DNA of 64,000 bases from Podarcis melisellensis (taxonomy: Eukaryota). The DNA lies in assembly GCA_964234715.1 (NCBI GenBank), contig OZ174280.1; one strand, 5' to 3'. Within the stretch, counting starts at the first letter, position 1. Each line of letters starts with the position of its first letter. Of the stretch, positions 14,401-29,400 are shown one piece after another. The position numbers and the translations under genes are program-made. The notes below the pieces were generated by a model. It saw only the letters and a program-made list of their open reading frames with translations. It was not told where the DNA came from and did not search any database.

Positions 14401-17400
14401 AAAACAAGAATGACAAAGCTGATTTAAAAATATTAAATGGCATATTTAGATTGGTTTTTTTTATAAATCTAATGTGCTATTGATTTCTGCATCTTAATGT
14501 TTGTTGAATTGAAATAGTGATAATTAATCCTGTGCATAGGCATTCCTGTAAGCTTCAACCCTATAAATACCCTATGCTCTGGCAAGTAGGCAGACCTCTC
14601 TTACCTATGTATTTTATGTATATAACAGGTGTTACTACTTTTAAGAGATTATTTTTACTGCATAATCAAGCCATATATTTTGATAAGCTGTATAAAACTT
14701 CTGCGACTTTTAAGATTCCCATCCAGCTGCAGTCTTCAGTATTAAGCCAAAAGCTAGCTACTGCCTACAGAACTGATGGTGGTGAGTGCGTGCCTTGTGC
14801 AATAGCTATGAGTAGAATGCAATCACTTCCCTTTCCTATTTGACTTTAGAAATTCTGTGCATTTCCTACCACCACCACCACCACATTCCTGAATAACATA
14901 CATGCATGAGCTGTTTGTGGTTTTCTGGCTGAACTGTAATACTATACATTTCCTTTCTTTGGGGAAAGTTGAATAAAACAGAAAAACCGAATCAGGAAAG
15001 TACTTCCTGCCTTTCGGGGGGGGGGGAGTTTCAGCTCAAATGTTCTAGACTAGGTGTGGGGAACATTTGACCCTCCAGACATTGCTGAACTACAAACCTG
15101 ATAAACTCCAGCAAGCACAGCCAATGGCCAAAGATGATGGGAGTTGTAGTTCAGCAACATCTGGAGAGCCAAAGGTTCTGACACCTGGTCTAGACAGTGA
15201 GCTGTTTTTATGAGGGATTCTGCTATGTCGGAATACCATCACACAGATCTGAACAAATGCAGGTCACTAAATGGCACTGCAAATGAATGCTGTGTCCAAG
15301 ACGGCTTAAACTATGCCCTTTGATTTTATGCAGGCTCTCTTTGCTTGAGAACCGCATTTACAGCCACAATGGGATGGCTTTCAATTTTAGGTTAAATAGA
15401 ATTCTGCCTTTTATATCAGCTAATTAAAGTTTCTGGTCACTTCCCCCTAAGCTATACCTTCAGCTGCATCAGCGCTTTTTTCAACAAATGACATGTATAA
15501 GGATAAGTCTACTCAATATGAGCCTAGTTTTTGACTATATTCATGCAATCATGGCCATGTGTAGGTTGCTGAGGCTAGACCCATGAAAAGTTGGCAAGAA
15601 TTCCCTGACTCCCAAGTCATACCGTTTGTCAATTAACTCCACTTCCCCTCAGATGGATGTTTAACAGATGCACAAACAATTTTGATTTCCTATATGAGGG
15701 TGGTCCAACATGCAGCCCAGGGGTTGCATGCACCCCTCAAGGCCATTTTCGACAGCCTTTGGCAGTGTTCAGGACCTCTTAAAGTGGCTCAAGTAGCTAG
15801 CTTTTTTTTCTTGTTGCTGTGAGACACACAAGAAAACAAACGGCAAAGGCGCTTGTCTCTCTCATCCCCTTCAAGGCCAAACGGGCCAGCCCTCCCCCGC
15901 TGCATCCTCTAACCTTGCCCAGGATTGCTCTGTGTATATATAAGAGACAATAGAATAATGTATTAACAGGAGAGAAGTATTTTCCACACACTGATAATGA
16001 ACAACTGGATACCTCCACATATTTGCTTAACTCTTGCACTGCATTTTGACCACAAATGGAGTTACAATCCTGTTTTGCGGATCATAGCCTAGCACACTGA
16101 TTCAGTGCATACTAACTCGGGAGTAGGTCCCATTATGCTTATACTTAAATATACTAATGGTGTATATTAAATAATATTAGCTATATTGCAAATACTTAAG
16201 TAACAATATAAAAATTTGATTCACTCTGGAGCCTCTGGTTTCTGTGTCAAAGTACTCTTGCCACACACTTTGGGAGGTGGAATGTGAATTGTACAGTTAG
16301 TAGGAGTGATTGTCTAGATTTGTGTTAGTCTAGTGTAATAGCCTTCTATATTAAGATCTGCTACAATTTGAATCTTAAGAAAATTTTATTTGGGTTGGTG
16401 GCTATGGTCAGTCCTGCACTCCTTCCTACTGCTCAGTTCCGTAAACTCCACAGCAGACCCCTGCTTGGTATAATGTGCACCTGAATGACATTTTTTCATA
16501 CTTTTGACTTGATTTGTGGCATACTTGCCCAAAAGAATGGTCACCACTTAGTATTCAACTTACGAAGACCACTAAAACCATGTGTCAGTAGAAGTGATTT
16601 TACCAAAGCAGCTGCAAGTAACAGTTATTGGAATTTGTGGATATAATTCCCTTAATTCTGCATACGGTGATCGCCAGCCTTTGAGCATCTGCAGGCAAAC
16701 ACTGTAAACTACTTTGCCCCAAAATGTCTGGATGGAGTTGTTTAGTTGGTATGAAGATGTGGACACTGGCTAGGATAGGATGGAGTCCCCCTTACAGTAG
16801 CAGCTAGCTGTGTCTCCAGGTAGCTGCTTAGTCGGGCACCAATACGATTGTCATGCAGCTTCTGTGCTATCGCTGTTGATCTTCCCTCTTCACCTTCAAG
16901 GCCTCAAAGCTTCCTGCCCACAAACAACAGATCAGGGCTGACATCTGTTGCAGCCGTTCTCTCAGCGCCCCTGCCCTGGACTGCAGCTCTGCAATTATTC
17001 TTGTTTTCAAAGCCCCCAGCCCTCATTTCACGGATGGGAACACAACAAGCCTGCAGGCAATTTGAGACCCCATCTGTTCTGGAGTGTTTTTCTCTTGTGT
17101 CGTGCCTGAGGATACAGCTTGTTTGTTTTTCTCTGTCCCGCTCTTATCCTCCAAGACACAAAATATGCGTACGTTGCTGTGGCAATGCACAAGTATGAGC
17201 AGTAACGGGAGAAAAGAGGGCAGAAAAATCAGGCCAAGTACACATGTTGAGATTTTATGTTTGGCTGTCTATAGTCTGTTCTAGAATCAGGTGTCCTTTC
17301 TCAGTATTTGCTCATCTGTTGCTCTTGGGTTCTTAGGCGATTTTATCTGCCTAAACCTGGATCCCTGCCTCCAGTAGTGTTTTTCGTGCCCTTTCCTTCA

Positions 17401-20400
17401 GTGGTCTCCTGGTCAAGAGACTAAAAAGGTCTATATCATCTTCACTTCATCAATTCTGCATCAGGCGATTCCAGACCACACACTTCAGCCCTCATTCTTA
17501 AAATGTAGCATTTGAGTTACTTTCATGGGAAGGGTTTGATACTACATAAAAACACAGTAAAACTAGTACGGGCCCTTGTATTCATAGATTGCAGGAATTT
17601 CTCAACACATCTTGACAGGCTGGGTGGGTGGTTTTTTATGATGAAATACATGTGCTTCAGAATTGTTAATGCCAAATAACCCCCGGGACCTTATGAAGAA
17701 GGGCAGGCAAGAAATTGAATTAATACCTTACTTTGTATGCATAAGCAGGGAAGCCCATAGTGTGTTGTCACTCTGTGGCTGCTGTAAATTCCTCACAACT
17801 CTTCCACCCGTCACAGCCAGAAGGGAGGTTGCTGGCATGGTCAGTTACCTGGAGGTTAAAATGAAAGAGTGAAAAACTAGGTTCTTAGTTACTTCAACTC
17901 CCAATTGCTTTGGTAGATTTGTTTATGCTACAGCTGAAGAAAACAGAAAGCTTGCTACTGTGCGGCAAATGCCTCCTATTGTGTCTAATCATTTACATAG
18001 TGGTTTTTGCAGATATGCCAGTATTTTTCAGGCTGTCAGTGTTCAACTGCTAAAATGGAAAAAATAAGAAGAGGTTAGATCCTGTTAACTTTTCAGATGT
18101 AAAACCAACAACTTAAACTAAATGCAAGTTTCAGTAGCAAAAAAGTACCATAGCCATTTGAAAAATAAAAATAAAGTCTTAATCCTGCATTTCCTGAGAG
18201 AACTTACTGCAGCCCTTGGGAGACTCTGTGTCTCTTCTATAAGAGAACACTCGTTACACAAAAGAGCATCTCAGGAACTTTTGTTTATAAGAAGGCAAGC
18301 TGAAAAGCATTTCCTGAAGGTGATCTATTTTTCCTATATATGGTTTATCTAACATTTTCTGTATATGTTTTATAACTTGGCATCACAGAGCTGCAGAGTT
18401 GGAAGGGACCTCAAGGGTCATCTAGTCCAACCCCCTGCAATGCAGGAATCCTGATCATAGCTGTCCCTTGGTTGGCTCAAACCACCAAACTTCTGGCTGG
18501 CAACCACCAGCCATTCTTCAAACCAGTTTGTGCGTAAGAGCAGAGTTATGTTTCAATGAGACCCTATGCCAAACACCCACTTCTCCCACACTAGACATCA
18601 GAGGTGTCTAGTTTATATGCCACTTTCCCACAGCAAACTGTCCAAAGTGGCTCCCAGTATTACTCAATTATAAAAAGGCAAAACATTTTTTGTCAAGGGT
18701 GCATTGTCCACATGATTTAAGGTGTATCAACAATAAGGTACAGAAACTTGATTTAAAAATAAAAAGAGCTGGGCTTTTCAGAATGCTGCAGTTTACGCCA
18801 AATGATATATTCTGAGCTTTTCCAGAATTTGCAAGTACATAGAGTCCTGTGTTTGCTCTGTGCTATTGCCAGATTCTAATTTATTGCAAAAATGAGTAAT
18901 GATAAAAAGCAGGGTGATCAGATTCCTCAAAGGAATCCTCGTGGAGGAGCATCCCTGGGGATAAGGGGAACACTTAGTGATTTGTGTAGATAGGAAAAGA
19001 GACTACTAGGAGTTTCAACGGGGCAGCTACAATTGGCTTTGAAGCATGGAGGGGACAGGGATTTGGGAAGAGCAAATTATGTACAAGTATCAAAAGGAAA
19101 ACTTGAGTAACTGGGATGAACACATCAGATGCTGCATCTCCAATCTTAAGAAGCCTAATTGCAATGAGTGAACAAGTTATCTGTTTCTGAATCTATTTGT
19201 GTGCTAAAGCAAAAATATTGTGTGAAACTAAACTTTAATAGGTGTAAAAAGTCAACATTATAGTATAATGAAGTACATATTTTTATTGTCTCCATATGAA
19301 ACGTAACTTGCAAGTTTCGAAACTCTAATTTAAAATTATTTAAATGCTAAAGATTTGAGTTTTAACTTGGAACCATAGGCATTAGAATTTGTCTTTCTAG
19401 CAACCTGGTTTTATTGGACCACTGTTCTGCCATGTGGTTATTTGGTATGGGATGCCATGGTCAGAATGCTAACTCAGTGTCAACGGTTTGTGCTGTGCTG
19501 CTGCCACAAGCCAACCTTGGAACACACATAGTTGTGTGTGTAACTCTATGGGTTGTATCCAATTGGTGTCCTTACACAAAAGCTTTTACTGCTAAAGAAA
19601 GGCAAGGTAACAATCTTAGATTACAAAACATTTCTGTGGTTAAATATTCCTTTCTGAAAAGCGAGTTCTGTATAATTTTTCAGAAGTATAAACATTATAG
19701 TATAAACATCAAGATTATTGTGCTTATCTCCTATCGCTCTTGAACCTCTGTAAAGAACTATTTATAGAAAGGGGTATTCTCTTCAACAGGAGTATTTATT
19801 CACTTATTTCAACTAAATCACATGAAACAGCCTAATCGCAAATGCAAACACCAGTGGCTCTTCATTTCCAGGTCTTTTCTCAGTCTGGCAATAAGTGTCA
19901 TGCTATTCACAATGCTATCATACATATAGATACACCGACTCGATCGAGTATCTGATGTGGTTGGACTCTGATCCCATCCAGTATGCTAAACATTAATGAA
20001 TGCAAAGTTTTACTCCTACTGTAGTAATTACATAAACTCATTTGCTCAAGATAGCAGCACTTTGCAGAGGCAGCTGCAACAAAAGCCACAAAGATTGTTT
20101 ACCTTGGAATAACTAAAGCACATTGCTAAACGTGAGTACATAATACCTAATGAATTTGTAGAAGAGCAGATCTCTCATTCAATGTTACTTCAGAGATCAT
20201 ATTTAAATACCTCTAATGAGAATAGGTTTCAGATGTCTGTTTAGAGATTTTTAGCAAGTATGGTTTTCAGCTACCAAAATTACGGCCTATGTTTTAAGAT
20301 TCTGCTTTAAAAATGATGACTGAAAACTGCATAATAACAAACAGTTCACACTACATTCCTTCTGTTAATGAATGTTATACTGTTCCTCATTACCAGCCAT

Positions 20401-23400
20401 TGTCCAGATCTATTCCATTGTTAATAGAGGTTATTTTTCTTTTGAGTGTGAGTTATTTCATATGTGCATCTATCTATATAGATATCTTAATTTCTATAGT
20501 TTAAATAGAACCTTGCAATTTCATTTTAAGGCAAGTGTTTGTTTTTGAGGGAGGCACTTATTTACAGAAAACACTTGTGAATATCATAATATGTAACAAT
20601 CCTACAAGTTTCTTACTGAGCATGTGTTGAAAGTTGTGGTTGATTGCGGCCACACATATACAGGTAGGAATGAAAACTGATGTTATGATGCAAGAATTCG
20701 CATGATGTTACAAGCAGAATTCTAAAGTGTTTCAGGTGAAATGGGGAGAGATGCAATAAAAGCATCTTTGTTTAGTCAGATGCTATTCTAACGAGTGCTC
20801 TTCTAAAACGTTCAGCTTAAGTATTTGGTTTGATGTGTTGTGACCATTACTTCACACTGATAATTCAACATATCTGATACAAGTATAATAAATGTTAGAA
20901 TTGTTTGCATGATTTAGAAAGTGCATATTCTTTCTTTCCCTTAAAAAACAGCTTGTATGCCTGAGCCTTACACTTGCTGTTTTGTATATGTGTTAGCTTA
21001 ACGTTAGCTCATGTGTGCAATCTTTGAAGATGGATCTACTTTTGTTTTAAAAGTGTGAAAAACACGTATTGGAAATAGCTTTCTTTTTGATATGTTTTCT
21101 CTCCTTATGAGATTGTACCCTTTCCTGTTGGTAAACTTTGGGCATGATTCATTGTGCATGATTCATTTGCATCATGGGCACAGCCCATCTCTCCCTGTGT
21201 CAAATCAATTTGTACAAAAATAAGGCACCTTCTTCATAAAACCAATATAAGTTTCTATCATTTCTATAAGATAGCTTTAAACACAAATATTGTTTGTCCA
21301 TAATCTAGCCTAAATTGATCTTCTTTAATCTCTTTATTTTCGTTAAAAGAATTGCGCACATGTTTGGCTTACTGGATCATGTCTCTTGTTGAATCTTTGC
21401 AGCACCTGTTGAAAAAAATATAATTTATTGTGTTTTGTTCCTGTTAACAGCACAGAAAGAGGAACGTAAGAATGAGGATAAGCCAGCTGAATCTTCAGTA
21501 GCATCAAAGAAAATGGTTGTGTCAACTACTGCAGCTTCTCAACCCACTTCTGCAGTGTCTACCCAAAGCAGAAATCCACCCTTAAAGAAACCCTCTACGT
21601 TTACTAGTTCTAAGCATCCAATTAAATACTCTGCCGCAGGTTTCAAAGGGGTGATACCTAAGAAATCTTCACTTTCAACTGGTCCACCTACATCAAGCAA
21701 TGTGTCATCATCAAAGCCTTCACCTTTGTCCTATGGTACATCCTCAGTTTATAAAAAAACAATTTCCTCTTCAAGCATTGGTGGAGGACTCAGGAAGCCC
21801 ATGGTGTCCTCTGCTTCTTCAACAACTTCCTCAGCTACACAAGCAAAATCTGCAAGTGCTAGTCCATCACAGCCTAACTCTCAGATTCGCCAAAATATAC
21901 GGAGATCCCTTAAGGAGATATTGTGGAAAAGGTAGGCACTAAGTGCACTTGCTCTGTGCAAATAATCTGTATAGTTTAGGATAATCATTAGTTGTAATGC
22001 TGCGTGAACAGTGATATTCATCTCTTCTCACCTTTCATAGCACTTTAGATAATGTATCTGAAATAAGTTTAGTGCTAAAATAGTTGTGAATATTTTTGAC
22101 TGAGAAGGAAATACCTTAGTAAATGTCAACATTTCTTGAAGGTTTTAAACAAGAATAGAAGGCCCCAAAGGCAATCTTACTTTCTTGAAAACTACATTTT
22201 AAAAACAAAACAAAACATGGTATTCGCAAAACAGATAAGCACTGTCCAATATAAATGCATGTGCTCATCACCAGTTTTCCCAAACTATCATTAGTACTTT
22301 AAGCAGCAGAACAATCCTCCTGAGTACATGATATTCAGAGGATGTTGTTGCAGCAGTGGATAGTGGGAATCAAAGAAGGAAAATTCATCCTTGAATTAAG
22401 TAGGCCATTTTTGAGACTTAAGTCATAGAAGATTCTTCCTGCATATAGGTAGATCAAGCTACTTAGCAGTACTGTCATTTTTGACTCCCTTTTCTTTCTT
22501 TCCTAACTCTTTCTTTTGGCAGAGTAAATGATAGTGATGATCTGGCTATGACAGAGAGTGAGGTGGGAAAGATTGCACTGAACATTGAAAAGGAGATGTT
22601 TAATTTATTCCAGGCTACAGACAATCGGTATAAGAGTAAATATCGCAGCATTATGTTCAATCTGAAGGACCCTAAAAATCAGGTTTGTATGAAAGCGAAT
22701 GAATGACTTCTCTACAGCCTTTTTTTTAAGCCTTTGATTTGACTGCATCATTTATTGTATAGCTCTTTTTGTAAACTGCTTTGAGTTTTCTTTACAATCA
22801 AGAGGATTGTAAATTTTATTGGGGTAGGGGGCTTTGGAAGCATGAATGGCTAAAACTAACAAGCTTGGGGCTTTTTGGTTTAGAAAAGAGGCAAGGGAAT
22901 ATGATAGAGATATATAAAATTCTGCATGTGGAGAAAATGCCTGTGGAACGCTCAGTCCCATCTATTGTTTGTGCCCATTCCTGATACAGACGTGCTTCAA
23001 ATTATGTTATAGACTCTTAATATTTTGCTAACCTGGCAATATTTTTTTAAAAATGTATTTTAAATATTTCATTCTATTTACACTTAAGACCTTTTAGAAG
23101 GAATTCATGAACTGGATGACAGCATTTGCTTGCCTATTGGAAGATTCTCATTTGCTAGTTGTGTAAGTAGTTACTGCTCACCTCGAATCACTCCTCTCTC
23201 TTTAGGGACTTTTCCATCGTGTTCTTAGGGAAGACCTTCCTTTGTCAAGGCTTGTAAGAATGAAGCCGGAAGAACTCGTATCCAAAGAGCTATCTACATG
23301 GAAAGAAAAGCCAGCCAAAGCAGTAAGCAATAAAATTTTGTGCTGTTTATTATGTTAAAGGGAAGTTTTCCTTCTGCACATATGCTTTCCCTCTACACAT

Positions 23401-26400
23401 AACTGTGGCCTTATGGGAAGTCTTGCTATGGGAAGTCTTGCTTCTCTCCTCTTGCATTCTGGGAAGTCTCGCTTATAATCTTCTCTCTGTTTCTGCACAC
23501 ACTGTACGAACCTGTTCCAAACACCAAGACATTCCCTCCTTGCTCAGTTCATCTTAAGTTCATGATGACCTGTTCTCAGTGCATAGCTGACCACATCTAC
23601 GGAACTCGATTGTTATATGTTATGATCAATCATTAGTAATTGTTTTATGCTATATTAATCTTTAGTTACAAATTAATTAGGAGGCTTCATGCCTGTCTAG
23701 TCCCAACCTCGTTTCCCAGCCTTTAATCTACCAGTGATTAATGTTCACATGTAATTCCCACCCCTCACATGTAATTCCCACCTTGCATTTGCATTAACCA
23801 ATAGGCAATGAGTTTCTTTGTGTTTGTATCAACCAATCAACCACAAGTACACCTGTGGCAATGCTTTGTGATATTCAATAAAAGAGAGTTCCCGGGACTT
23901 CCCCGGCAGACGCCTCTCACATGACACCTACTACTCGTCTCCCGTGATTTTCATTCCTACATTATGTAAGGATGGTTGATGAGCAATTCTAGCTGATGTG
24001 GTAATTGACTACAGATTAATGATTAAAGTCTAGTTCACTGACTGTGTGTGTGTATACAAATCACATTATTGTTTTCATAGGTAATGGCAGCTAGACGTAA
24101 ATCTTTTGAAAACAAGAAATCTGCTGTAAAACAAGAACCCATCCCAGATGCTAATATGGAAGATTCCCCACCAGTGTCTGATTCAGATGTAAGTATAAGC
24201 CACTCATGGCACTGGTTTACAATTAATTATATAGACCATTTACCAAAATTTAGTTCTTTACATGAAGATATTGTATAATTTAAAATGTCATGTTTTAAGA
24301 TCTCAAGTATAGTTTATCTGCTTGCTTGCCTTTTTTTTATTTTAGCGGGCACAATCCAGTAATGCTCTATAGCAGCTTACACACACGCTGCACAATTCCT
24401 GCAGTACTCTATACTTATCGTGAGGTACATGTACACAGTATTGATTATTATGATTATTATATTAAATTTGTATACTGCCCTTCATCAAAAGATCTCAGGA
24501 TGGTTCACAGCATAAAATAAAACCACAACGAATATGATGAAAACAAGAACAAACCAAACCAATAGCCCACCCACCACTGTACACTATAGTACACTGCCTA
24601 TTACCTGGAATGTTGCTTTGGCATGGTTCCTATTGCAAAGAGACCAATGATAAACAGGCAACCCCTTATTTGTGCGTGGCTGTGTTTTGGGTCATTGTGC
24701 ATGAGAGCGGAGCACACACAAGCTTGTTCCCACCCCGTTTTCCTGCCACTTCTGAGTCACCACAATGCACACATGTGTGAATGTCAATCGGTTGTTGCCC
24801 GTACATTAATTAATTTGGCCAAGACAGGGGTCCAGCACACTTTCTGTTTCCCCACTTGGGTGCTGTCGAAACTTGTGGTGCCAGTAATGAATTTACGCAA
24901 ACCTTATAAGGATCTCTTTCTGCATATGAGCTTGCATTTGTTGAAAGGTCAAGTTAAGTTAGATTTTAGTAGTATCAATTGCTTTATTTTTTGGAGCTGT
25001 GGATGTTTGGTTTAAAATCTGTGCATATCTACAGGAATTTGCATGTGTATAGTTGAAATGAGCCTGATACCAGCAAATCATACCATTGCCTCAATTCCTT
25101 TTTAGGAGCAGCAAGAGGCAGATCGAGCAGCTCCTGAGAAAAGCAGCGCTCCAATTCTTGATGTTTTCAGCAGTATGTTACAGGACACAACAAGTCAACA
25201 CAGAGCCCATCTTTTTGACCTGAACTGCAAAATCTGTACAGGTATGCACATGGATTACCAAGGCTGTGTGAACACCCACGTGGTAGAAATGCAAAGCAGA
25301 AATTTAAATTACCATATCAATTTTGTTCTGAGTAAACCCAAATCTGGCCGGAGCCTCAATTATACAAATGGCCAGACTTTCTTCTTGCAGTAAAATAAAC
25401 TTTTTGCTTCTATAAAACAGCAACAAGCAAGAAGTGATTTCCCTGTCTCCAAGGGAAATAGAGCAACATGTCCATGAAATGACACAGACTCACAATGTTA
25501 CATGTTACCTTTTTTTACCATTTAGGTCAGATGTCAGCATCTGATGAAGAACCAGCTTCAAAGAAACTAAAATCGTCCTCTGTTAAGAAGGCGGAACCAA
25601 AGCCAGAAATGAAGTCAAAATTTGAAAGCTCGACACCAACAGATGAAGTGGAGGCTGCAAAAGAAGAGGAAATGGAGACTGCTGCAGAACCTGTTGTTGA
25701 ATCTGTAGCTGAAGTAGTTCCTCAGCCAAGCATAGAAAAAGCTTACATTCCTTTAACACAAGGACAAAGCAATCCATTATCTTCTCTACCCAATGAGAGC
25801 TCTCTCTACCCCACATCTTATGCTGGCGGTGTTATCACTACTGTGACAGTCTCTGGGAAGGATCCCAGAACAGCCATGAGCACTTTGTCAACCTCTGCTT
25901 CTACTGTGACTTCTGCATTGCATCCCAACCCGGCATCTGACAAAAGTTCTGTAGGGGAAAGTAAACCAGAAATATCCAGAAATACTGTAGCAGCTCCAAA
26001 ATCAATATTAACGAAGCCATCCTCATCATCGGACCCAAGATACTTGGCAGCTCAAACATCACTAAACGTTAGGTATGTGTGTGTGTGTCAGTCTGCAAGA
26101 GGGTCACTATGCCTGTGGTATTGTGCAAAGGGGACCATGCAACCCAATGGTGTGTGTGTATCTAGGTGCAGGGGGAGCCTTCAGATTCCTTCTAAGGAAG
26201 AAAGCTTCCCAGAGTGAGTAAAATGGGGGGCAGGGTGGGTGGGCAAGTTAATGGGCATAGCTAGGTTTCCCCCCCCCCTCCCAGCAGGTAGCTCCTTGCT
26301 GTCCCCCAATTGTGCAAGGAGGAGAAAAGCTCAGACCAAACACCCTTGCTGCCATTGCTCTGCAAGTACTCTGATGCTAAGTGACAGTGAGGGATCATTC

Positions 26401-29400
26401 TTTGCCTCTCCTCAAGATGTGAAGGAGAGATAACTAGTGCTAATCTCGCAGAAGCCACTAGGAGGAAAGGACAGGAAAGCCATGAACAGGAGGATTTTTT
26501 ACTACCACTGCATACTTTGAAGATTTGCCAAGATGTATTTTCTCATGTAGCACGCTTCTCAACCTCTAGTAGCAGTGATGCACAGGAGGAGCCAGTGTTT
26601 GTAAGAACTGGGGAACATGGGGTCACACACTGCCTTCACTCAAGGCAGGTTTATGAACTTCAGTGTCTCTCCATGCTTGACCCACTCTTTCATGCAAAAG
26701 AGAATCAGTCACAAGTCTCACAATATCAACTCAATCCCTAATAATAACAGGAATTCTATTCATGGGTTAGCAAATTAATGGTCCGTCTTTTGTGATCACT
26801 AGCCTTCCACTGAATGTGCTGGAAGTCTTAAAATTTGATTTCTAGCCCATTAATTTAATTTACTAAAAGTATATTAGATAAGATTTAGGATCATTTGATG
26901 TGGAATTTGAAAAATGTTTGGGTTGCCTGGGATGGAGGGGCATTTGTAGAGATACAATTTGTAGAGCCACACTTGACACAATTCTCCCTCCTGGGTTTTC
27001 TGTTTTGCAGTATGTCGGAGATACGGTCCCCTCAAGAAGGAGATACGTCCGTCTTTCTCTCTCGCCTTAACACCATATGGAAAGGCTTTATCAACATGCA
27101 AAGCGTGGCCAAGTTTGTCACCAAAGCTTACCCTGTCTCTGGATCCTTTGACTACCTCAGTGAGGTGCGACTTTGAAGTGCTTGTGCTTTCTTTGTAAAC
27201 TATATCTAAAATCATATTTCTAACTAAATTTGCTTTGCGGTAAGAGGTTAGCTATATAATATGTTATCATGTTTACTCAACGTGATAGCTTGAAAGCTAA
27301 GCAAATTGCCCTATTAACATTTTCAAATTTCATTTAGGTCTGAGTTTTAATAACTCACTGTTCAGACAGTGGCCTGACTGCAAATAATGTAGCAGTGTAG
27401 CATAAGAAATCGGACATAGATAATGTGTACATTGACTTGGCAACCATTTCATGCGGGGATTCTGTTCCCAGCCCCTGCGTGTGTCAGTGGAACACAGATA
27501 AGCAGCCCCTGCTCCATTATGTCCCCATTCTGTCTTCTACTGGGTCCACGGTGATCGTGCGTCAATTGGATGCACCTAAAATGGTCACCGCCTCTATTAT
27601 ATAGGACAGCAATTTATTTTAAAAATAATAAAATAGTATTGGTGATCTGTAAGTACAATGGTACCTCGTGTTACATACCGTCCCCCTTACGAATGCTTCA
27701 GGTTGCGCGCTCTGCTAACCCGGAAGTAGATGCCCCTTATTGTGAGCTTTGCCCTGGGATGTGAGCGGAAGTCGCACTCCGGTGGCGCGGCAACAGCGGG
27801 AGGTGCTATTAGCGAAAGCACGCCTCATGTTATGAGCGGTTTCCGGTTACGAACGGACCTCTGGAATGAATTAAGTTTGTAACTGGAGGTACCACTGTAA
27901 GGGGAAAATAGTAGCACTGAAATGGCATGCTGGATATTCCATTTTTAGTATTAATACTTCATATCAGTAACTGATAAGGCACTGTTTATCATTTTCTGTT
28001 AATCACACTCTTGATTTTCATTTTGATCTGATGGTGAGAAGCAGTGATCTGTAATAACTGAACACACAGTGAACAGTAACCAGGAAGTGTGACACTGTTA
28101 ACTAAGTGATGATTGCCACTGTCATGGGATGACTGCAATATTCAGTGAGCTCCCAGTTTCCTGTATTAAACCCAAAAAAGAAACATAGGAAGGAAGTTTG
28201 GTGTAGTTGATTATCAAGTGTCAAACCAACAACTGCAAACTGTTCATAAATTCCATTATTTGAGGAAAAGCCACCTTGTTTCTTGCATACATTCAAATTG
28301 CTCTGCTTTGTGTAAGAACTGGTGGGAGGGTGGGGAGTAGAACAGTAGCTGAAACAGCTGTATATCTTTCCTGTGTATTCAACCTTTTTTTTAGCCTACG
28401 TGTGCTCCTTTTATGGTCAATATGAACAGGGTGCTTGGAATTTTGATTCCTGTGCACCAACAAATTCTGTTAGTGGAATTAGTGTATCTTTCTTCCTGTG
28501 TTTTGAAGCAGGGATAGGAAGACTCCTAAACTTACGGATGTAAGAATAACCCTTTTCCTCCTAGTTTGGAAAACAAGTATGTTACGATCTTAGGCTCAGT
28601 GGGCTATGAATATGATATAGTAGCAATGTTTATATGCTGAATTCTGAGACAAACTGTGGTTAATGCAAACAAATAGAAATATGTTTGCCCCTTCAACTAG
28701 AGATAAGACAGCTTTATAAATATAAACACATTGTGCCTCAACAGCATGTTTTAGTGACAATTAAATTTTTACTCTATGAAAATAGGCTAGGAATGTTTTG
28801 TCACAATTTTCAAAATAATTATCTATTTAAGAACCTTTTGTAGCTTTAATGTGCAAAAGTATTACTTCTTTATGTAAAAGCTATCTCTCACAGTGCTCAG
28901 GTGTTACTGTCTGAGCCTAATATGAGAGGGAGCAAGCCTCAGGTTCTTAGCACACCAATAGCCAGCCTTTCCAGCTCATTTTCCTTGTACAAAAAGTCAT
29001 GTTTGACCCATACAAATACTGCGTTCATCAGTTCCCAAGATCTTGTGGCACCTATCCCCCTTGATGTGGACAGAGCATGTAAATAAAAGCAACATCCTAC
29101 TACAGTGTCAGACATATTTCTTCATTCCCAGATAAGAAACTATAGTAGGGGTACCCAAGGGTGAGATGTGCTCCCTCTCATACCAGATTCAGAAAGGAAC
29201 ATATGAACAACCTCAAAATGAGCTGTGGTTTGTGGAATTAAAAGAGGGACTGTTTTCTGCTAGCAGTTTGAAAATGGAAGTGGAAGGATAAACAGAATTG
29301 TGAACATAATGGCCATAGCTACAGTAAAATCACAGTATACCGTATTTTTCCATGTATAAGACTAGGCTTTAAAAAAAAAAGTCAAAAATAAGGGGGCGTC

